From Myxococcota bacterium (GTDB lineage: Bacteria > Myxococcota_C > UBA6777): DNA of 43,068 bases. Each line of letters starts with the position of its first letter. Position 1 is the first letter of the stretch. The notes under the pieces were generated by a model that saw only the letters and a program-made list of their open reading frames with translations, did no database searches and was not told the origin of the DNA. A program made the position numbers and the translations under genes. Shown piece after piece: positions 37,542-43,068 of this stretch. The stretch spans positions 1 through 43,068 of the forward strand of contig JAKLKB010000134.1 of the NCBI GenBank assembly GCA_023150835.1, in the 5' to 3' direction.

Positions 37542-37885
37542 CCGAACCTCCGTTCAATGGTCTTCTTGGAAGTGTTGAGAAACTGTGCTACAAGGGGGGC
37601 GCTTGGAATGGGGGAAGGTTGGATCGCGATCCGATCTTCCAATACGGCCCTGTGATGCGTGGTCTCAACGAAAGCCAAAGAAGCTCTCTCGAAAGACCCT
37701 GTATGCGCCGCGATCTCGGCGAATGAATTGTCTATCTGCCCAAGATTGTCAAGCGCAACAAAACATCCCTCCCATCCCATCGGCCTTTTGGCCACTCGCG
37801 ACGTGCTCTGTGACGCTGCATCGTGCGATAGAACAGACCGCTGCAAACAACGTCCGCAGCGGCGATACAAGGAGGTAATAGGTCG

Positions 37886-39172
37886 ATGCTTGGCCAACCT
37901 ATCGTGGTGATCTTGGGTGGGGGCACAGGATCGGGGTTGTTTCCTTTGACGCGAAACCGCTCCAAAGCTGCGGTCCCGATCGCCGGAAAATACCGTCTGA
38001 TCGACATCCCTTTGTCCAATTGTTTGCTCTCTGAACTTTATCACATCTTTGTGCTGACCCAGTACAACTCTGGCTCTCTCAACCGCCACATCGCACAAGC
38101 CTTTCAGATCCCTCCCTTTTTGGATGGCTTTGTCGAAGTCCGCGCAGCCAGTCTGACCGATCAAAACCCCAACTGGTACCAAGGCACCGCAGACTCTGTT
38201 CGTCAAAACTTCCAAGTCGTCCAAAGTGCCGCTGAGATCAACGGTAGCGATACCGTGTTGATCTTAAGTGGCGATCACCTGTATCAGATGGATTACCGCG
38301 AGATATTGGCCTTTCATCGAAGCCAAGACGCGGATGTCACGATCTCGGTGGTTCCTGCAAGCGCAGATCGCGCAAAGTCCCTTGGGGTGGTGCGTTGCGA
38401 CGACTCGTTGCGCGTCCTTCAATTCATGGAAAAGCCGAATCTACCGAACGATCTCAACGCGATGATCGCACGCCCTGACGCTGAAAAACCCTACCTCGGC
38501 TCGATGGGCATCTATGTTTTCCGTCTGTCCGTCCTCGAAGAAGTCTTGCGCGATCCCACCCACAACGAGTTCGGGCGAGATATCATGCCCAAACTTTATG
38601 ATCGCTATCATGTCGCGGCGTATCCATTTGCCCATTATTGGGAAAATGTCGGCAGTATCCGCCTTTATTATGAGGCCATGCTCGAGTTGACTCGGCCCGA
38701 ACCCGGCTTCCGACTTTTTGAGCGCCCTGATCGCAATCGCTTCTTTACGCGTGGTCGTTCCCTTCCTTCCGCTAAAGTCAACGGGGCAACTGTCGAAGAT
38801 GCCGTACTTGCCGAAGGAGCCATCCTCGAAGAAGGTACGCAGATCACACGATCGATCATCGGAACGCGTGCATTTCTTGGCCAACGCGTCGAAGCTTGCG
38901 ATGCGGTGATCTTTGGCTCCGACTTTTACGAACCGATCGAAGAGCGTGTGCGCCGCCTCCACGTCGGCGAGATCCCCCTTGGTATCGGCGAAGGCTGCGT
39001 TTTGCGCGGCTGTATTATCGACAAAAATGTGCGCATCGGGCGCGACGTGATCTTGGAAAACACCCAAGGCATCTGGGAAGCTGATCACGACAAATTCTTT
39101 ATCCGCGAAGGCATCATCGTCGTTCCGAAAGACACCGTGATCGAAGACGGCTTTCGGATGCCGCGCTTTTGA
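37886..39172 (+). CDS. glgC: Glucose-1-phosphate adenylyltransferase
   Basis: ILGGGTGSGLFPLT, RSKAAVPIAGKYRLIDIP, WYQGTADSVRQ, LSGDHLYQMDY, IIDKNVRIG; AAGGAGG RBS. Confidence 0.95.
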   Translation: MLGQPIVVILGGGTGSGLFPLTRNRSKAAVPIAGKYRLIDIPLSNCLLSELYHIFVLTQYNSGSLNRHIAQAFQIPPFLDGFVEVRAASLTDQNPNWYQGTADSVRQNFQVVQSAAEINGSDTVLILSGDHLYQMDYREILAFHRSQDADVTISVVPASADRAKSLGVVRCDDSLRVLQFMEKPNLPNDLNAMIARPDAEKPYLGSMGIYVFRLSVLEEVLRDPTHNEFGRDIMPKLYDRYHVAAYPFAHYWENVGSIRLYYEAMLELTRPEPGFRLFERPDRNRFFTRGRSLPSAKVNGATVEDAVLAEGAILEEGTQITRSIIGTRAFLGQRVEACDAVIFGSDFYEPIEERVRRLHVGEIPLGIGEGCVLRGCIIDKNVRIGRDVILENTQGIWEADHDKFFIREGIIVVPKDTVIEDGFRMPRF

Positions 39173-39189
39173 TCTCGGGAGATAACGTC

Positions 39190-39726
39190 ATGGACAAACC
39201 CCTCAATGGGCGTGCTGTGTATGCAGGCAGTTTTGATCCCTTGACCTACGGGCATCTCAAACTCGTGCGCCGCGCTGCAAAACTTTTTGATGCCATCGTG
39301 ATCGGTGTCGGGCAAAATGCGAAAAAAAAGTATCTGTTCTCTCTCGAAGAGCGCGTTGCGATGGTGCGCACAGAGATCGCCGATCTGACCAACGTCGAAG
39401 TTCGTCCTTTTGAAGGACTCTTAATTAACTTTGCCCAAGAAGCCGGTGCGGAAGTGATCTTGCGTGGTCTGCGCGCTGCCACCGACTTTGATTACGAATT
39501 TCAGATGGGCCTGATCAACATGGATATGGATCCTCGCATCGAAACGCTGTTTTTGCTCTCCAACCCCGAAAACATCTTTATCTCTTCAAGCGCCGTCAAA
39601 GAGATCGCCTACTTTAGCGGAGAGATCGAGCGTTACGTCCCTCCCGCCGTCGCCATACGCCTGCGCGAAAAAATGGCGCAGCTCAAAGCCCAAGACGAAG
39701 CTCCCCAGATCGGCTCCAACTCATAA
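39190..39726 (+). CDS. coaD: Pantetheine-phosphate adenylyltransferase
   Basis: AVYAGSFDPLTYGH, RGLRAATDFDYE, ISSSAVKE. Confidence 0.96.
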   Translation: MDKPLNGRAVYAGSFDPLTYGHLKLVRRAAKLFDAIVIGVGQNAKKKYLFSLEERVAMVRTEIADLTNVEVRPFEGLLINFAQEAGAEVILRGLRAATDFDYEFQMGLINMDMDPRIETLFLLSNPENIFISSSAVKEIAYFSGEIERYVPPAVAIRLREKMAQLKAQDEAPQIGSNS

Positions 39727-39754
39727 CAGGGCTTGCGCAGTTGGACTTCATCTT

Positions 39755-39883
39755 GTGGGGTGTCACCCCACGCCCCTCAAGGGTACTTTGTCCCCTTGAC
39801 CCCGTATTGGCGAAACGAGCAACGGTGCTTCAAACAAGCTGCGCTCTCGCTTGGACGCTCGCGAACACGGCGTTCTTGGCAAC
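39755..39883. repeat. Family B element, copy 5 (inverted)
   Basis: Reverse complement reads gttgccaagaacgccgtgttcgcg...caagcgagagcg...cgccaatacggggtcaagggg...ggggtgacaccccac. Confidence 0.82.
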
Positions 39884-39970
39884 AATTCACTCCAAACCAT
39901 CCATAAACAAATCATCCCCCTGTCAACGTTCGATGGATACACAACCAACCGTCCCTCTAAGGAGATCGCC

Positions 39971-40765
39971 ATGTCCCTTCGTGCCTGTTCTCGCCAGCGT
40001 GCGAGCCTCTCGCCCCGATTCTTCGATCGTTTTGCGCTATTGGGTGCCTTCCTTTTCTTGTCCATGACCGCACCTCTACCACACGCCGCAGCCAATCCTC
40101 CCAATCTACCGCCGAAAACGGAGCCTGCCCCCCTACAAAAGCGCATCCTGACGTACGATATCTTTTTTCGTGGCACCAAGGCCGGCGAGCTCATCCGCGA
40201 AGAATGGATGTATCCCGCAGGCCGTACCGTCGTCTTTAACCGTAGCTCCTTTCAGGCCAGCTATTTCTTTTTCAAGATGGACGGAAAAAACCACAGCCGC
40301 TGCGATTACCAAGGCGGCCAACTGGTCAAGTTCCGTGCGTACGCCAACGTCCGTGGCAAAGAGTCCACCGCTTGGGGGCACCTCAATGACAAAGAAGTCG
40401 TGATCCATCGACAGGAAGGGCAGTCCAAAAAGACCCTCACCAAAACCTTTCCCCGTAGTGGATTTCAAGCCACCAGTCTTGACTTCTTCACTCTCCCCCT
40501 CAAAGACGCCGAACCCGGACGCTCTCTGAATCGCAAGATGTTGCGCATCGATCAACAAAAGATCGTTGATCAAGAGATCCGCATCGTCGGTGCAGGCACC
40601 CGCAAGATCAACGGAAAAGAGGTCTCTCTTCTTCGCCTCGAACTCAAAGGCCCCAAGGGATCGGGATCTGTCTTGCTTGCAAAAGAGGGCTTTATGGTCG
40701 AAACCAACGTCAAAAGCCTGATGGCTTCCTTTGACATGAAACTTCGCAGCCTGCGTAGCTTGTGA
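39971..40765 (+). CDS. Secreted beta-rich protein (DUF6134/DUF3108-like)
   Basis: AAGGAG RBS; signal peptide; LTYDIFFRGTKAG start of domain. Confidence 0.72.
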   Translation: MSLRACSRQRASLSPRFFDRFALLGAFLFLSMTAPLPHAAANPPNLPPKTEPAPLQKRILTYDIFFRGTKAGELIREEWMYPAGRTVVFNRSSFQASYFFFKMDGKNHSRCDYQGGQLVKFRAYANVRGKESTAWGHLNDKEVVIHRQEGQSKKTLTKTFPRSGFQATSLDFFTLPLKDAEPGRSLNRKMLRIDQQKIVDQEIRIVGAGTRKINGKEVSLLRLELKGPKGSGSVLLAKEGFMVETNVKSLMASFDMKLRSLRSL

Positions 40766-40847
40766 CGAGATCCCTGCTTGACTCTTGGTTTTTTTCTTTT
40801 CTTTTGCTGCGTTAGACTCTAGACATCTGCTCTTTTTGAATTTACCC

Positions 40848-40876
40848 TTGACAATTTTCTACCCCCTGTGTATACA
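40848..40876 (+). promoter_or_regulatory. Sigma70-type promoter for tRNA-Phe
   Basis: TTGACA-17 bp-TATACA just upstream of the tRNA. Confidence 0.7.
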
Positions 40877-40904
40877 CAACACCACTTCGCTGACGCAGCA
40901 AGCC

Positions 40905-40977
40905 GCCCAGGTAGCTCAGTCGGTAGAGCAGTGGACTGAAAATCCACGTGTCGGTGGTTCGATTCCGCCCCTGGGCA
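40905..40977 (+). tRNA. tRNA-Phe (GAA), CCA not encoded
   Basis: GCCCAGGTAGCTCAGTCGGTAGAGCAGTGGACTGAAAATCCAC...GGTTCGATTCCGCCCCTGGGCA. Confidence 0.97.
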
Positions 40978-40982
40978 TACCC

Positions 40983-41020
40983 AAAAAGGTCGCCTCTCTT
41001 TACGAGATGCGGCCTTTTTG
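40983..41020 (+). terminator. Intrinsic terminator after tRNA-Phe
   Basis: aaaaaggtcgc...gcggcctttttg hairpin with U-tract. Confidence 0.72.
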
Positions 41021-41353
41021 CATTTCTCTCGCTCCTTCGCCTCTTTCCTCATCCAGACCGAAAAGTGCGAAGATCCCGAGCCTCCCAACCGAAGCCTTTG
41101 CAAACGGGTTACAGAACATACCTATGGCGCGATACACGCCGTAAGCGAAAAACGAGAGAGACCCCTACGGTTGATACAACATACCGGCGGCGCAACACGG
41201 CGGATCTTCGTGGTCCTTGCTACGATGTTTGTGCCGAGTATTGCGCAAGAGTTCATCGCAAAGTCCCCCCAAAGAGCCAAGTCATCCGCCCCAAGAAAAA
41301 GTGACGAGAGTGGTGTTTTTGGTAAACCCGCACCACAAGCTTTGCCGAATCCT

Positions 41354-42697
41354 TCAGCAAGAACAATCACAGAAGGAAACGGTAATCGAACAGGCAGGTT
41401 TGCCCGTTATAGAGCGGATGATCGAGCGTTTGGAATAAAAGCTGGAGAGCAACACTTCAAACTGACCATCGCTTTCCAAATCGAACAACCCTTCTATCTT
41501 TTGATCAGCCTCCAAGCCAAGCAATGGCTGTAGCTGCTTGAGTTGTCCTGAGGCGCTCTTTTCTGCCACGCCGTAGAGATCCATCCGAACATCTTCCGCA
41601 CCACAAAAGACGTTCCCCTCTTTGGTTTGCAAACGCACTTGAAACAAGAACAACGTACGCCCAAGTCCCGCAAAAGAACGAAAAGAGAAATGACGTCGCA
41701 ATGTTTCTTTTTTCTTTTCGGCGTCTTGCGTCGCTTTTGCCAGCGCTTTGTGGTAGCCATCGTCCTTCAAAAAGAGTTCTTGTAGCTGTGCGAGTTGTTG
41801 TGGTTGTGGTGTTGTGGGCTGTTCCAGATACATCGCGGGGGTCTTGTGTTCCACAGGCAATGCAAAATCAAAGCGTAGACCGCGAGGGAGTGTTTGTGGA
41901 GCGCATGACAATTGTGCAAACAACACAGGCTCTCCACAACCCGGTGCTTTGGGCTTGCGGCCTTGAGAATGGGTTTGCATCCAACCAAAATGAGGCTGCC
42001 CTCTTGTGAGAAAAACGAAGCGTTTGATCGCACAAGTCGCAACCGAATTGTTTTGCTTCAGACTAAAAATGTTGTACTTTTTTCCTATCTCATATCCACC
42101 CACCCGCCGACTTGCAGTCGGAGCGATCCACGTTGTAAGCGAACCTTTCCATTGTTTGGGGCGAACAGAGATCGGCTGCACACGTTGAGCCAGCGCATCC
42201 GCAAGCGGCAGATGCAAAAAAAGCGTCCCTTTGTGTTCCTCGACCCAACGCATCGCTCCACATTGAAACGAGGTTGGCTGCGCTTCTCCGCGACAATGAG
42301 CCTCCACATGACGCTGTATCCCGACATATTTACCAGCATTTTTCAAATAGTGATCGATCTTGAGTCTCTGAAGTTTCTTTGCAAATTGTACCGCTTTCTT
42401 CTTTGAAGAGAATGCCTGTGCCACCACAACTTCGTAGCAAGGCATCAGTCCCTTAAACTCCGAAGAAGAAAGCCTCGCGACCCGCGCACCCAACGATGGA
42501 TTCTGCTGCAAAAGCAACAAACCCGCTGGCACCACGCCTTGTTGTTTTGAGGAACTCAAGATAACCAACCACTGGTCGGCATAGGATGACGCTGACCTTC
42601 TCTGATGCTGTTGCGCGACCACATCCCATGATTCCAAAGCACACAAGCACAACATCAGCAGCGACACGCGCAACAATACACGCCGAAAAAAACGCAT
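41354..42697 (-). CDS. Secreted hypothetical protein, N-terminal SPOR-like domain
   Basis: Signal peptide; WLVILSSSK...LSSSEFKGLMPCYEVVVAQAFSSKKKA; C-terminal CDCSC. Confidence 0.75.
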   Translation of the reverse strand: MRFFRRVLLRVSLLMLCLCALESWDVVAQQHQRRSASSYADQWLVILSSSKQQGVVPAGLLLLQQNPSLGARVARLSSSEFKGLMPCYEVVVAQAFSSKKKAVQFAKKLQRLKIDHYLKNAGKYVGIQRHVEAHCRGEAQPTSFQCGAMRWVEEHKGTLFLHLPLADALAQRVQPISVRPKQWKGSLTTWIAPTASRRVGGYEIGKKYNIFSLKQNNSVATCAIKRFVFLTRGQPHFGWMQTHSQGRKPKAPGCGEPVLFAQLSCAPQTLPRGLRFDFALPVEHKTPAMYLEQPTTPQPQQLAQLQELFLKDDGYHKALAKATQDAEKKKETLRRHFSFRSFAGLGRTLFLFQVRLQTKEGNVFCGAEDVRMDLYGVAEKSASGQLKQLQPLLGLEADQKIEGLFDLESDGQFEVLLSSFYSKRSIIRSITGKPACSITVSFCDCSC

Positions 42698-42710
42698 TGA
42701 TCCTCCTCGC

Positions 42711-43068
42711 GATGAATCTAAGGATAGTACGTAGATGCCCTATTCTTGGGCAGCCACGCGGGGTTGCCCCTACATTCGACGAATCTAAAGACAGTACGTA
42801 GATGCCCTATGATTGGGCAGCCACGGGGGGCTGCCCCTACATTTGATGAATCTAAAGATAGTACGTAGATGCCCTATGATTGGGCAGAAACGGGGGGCTG
42901 CCCCTACATTTGATGAACCTAAGGACAGTACGTAGATGCCCTATAATCGGGCAGCCACGGGGGGCTGCCCCTACATTTGATGAACCTAAGGACAGTACGT
43001 AGATGCCCTATAATCGGGCAGCCACGGGGGGCTGCCCCTACATTTGATGAACCTAAGGACAGTACGTA
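42711..43068. repeat. Tandem array of 67-bp GTAG-type REP-like units (at least 5 copies, runs off window end)
   Basis: Units start at 42711, 42778, 42845, 42912, 42979, 43046; core gtagatgccc-n7-gggcagccacggggggctgcccctac. Confidence 0.93.

Noticed and set aside
41018-41533. 171-aa + strand ORF after tRNA-Phe
   Set aside because: Starts in the terminator, overlaps the convergent gene by 180 bp, no recognisable motifs
42711-43068. CRISPR array
   Set aside because: Whole 67-bp units repeat with no unique spacers; no cas genes; REP-like palindromes

Overview
Bacterial chromosomal segment, most likely Myxococcota (inferred from MXAN_2562-like, MXAN_6577-like Cys-rich, AglS/AglV-like and ECF-DUF4384-caspase genes). 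Left part: V/A-type ATPase genes I-K-E-DUF2764-A (B and D absent from the window), then an accessory region with an FGE-sulfatase-fold protein, a SEL1/double-ExbD-like protein, a small HhH protein, a large 2OG-Fe(II) oxygenase, a secreted IVVHD/NQQEND repeat protein, and a three-gene operon (ABC-type ATPase, caspase-like protein, LRR-PP2C phosphatase). Middle: a collagen/Cys-rich lipoprotein and an ECF sigma/DUF4384/secreted caspase module that share an upstream motif, tRNA-Leu(CAG), and surface lipoprotein and TPR genes. Right: plsB, an FN3/CFI-box/beta-barrel fusion, asd, DUF2062, DUF3465, glgC, coaD, tRNA-Phe(GAA), secreted proteins and a terminal 67-bp REP-like tandem array. At least three families of hairpin-rich intergenic repeats recur. 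The best candidate for an undescribed system is the ABC-ATPase + clan-CD-like protein (+ LRR-PP2C) operon at 12523-16842. All family calls come from motifs read by eye; no searches were run.
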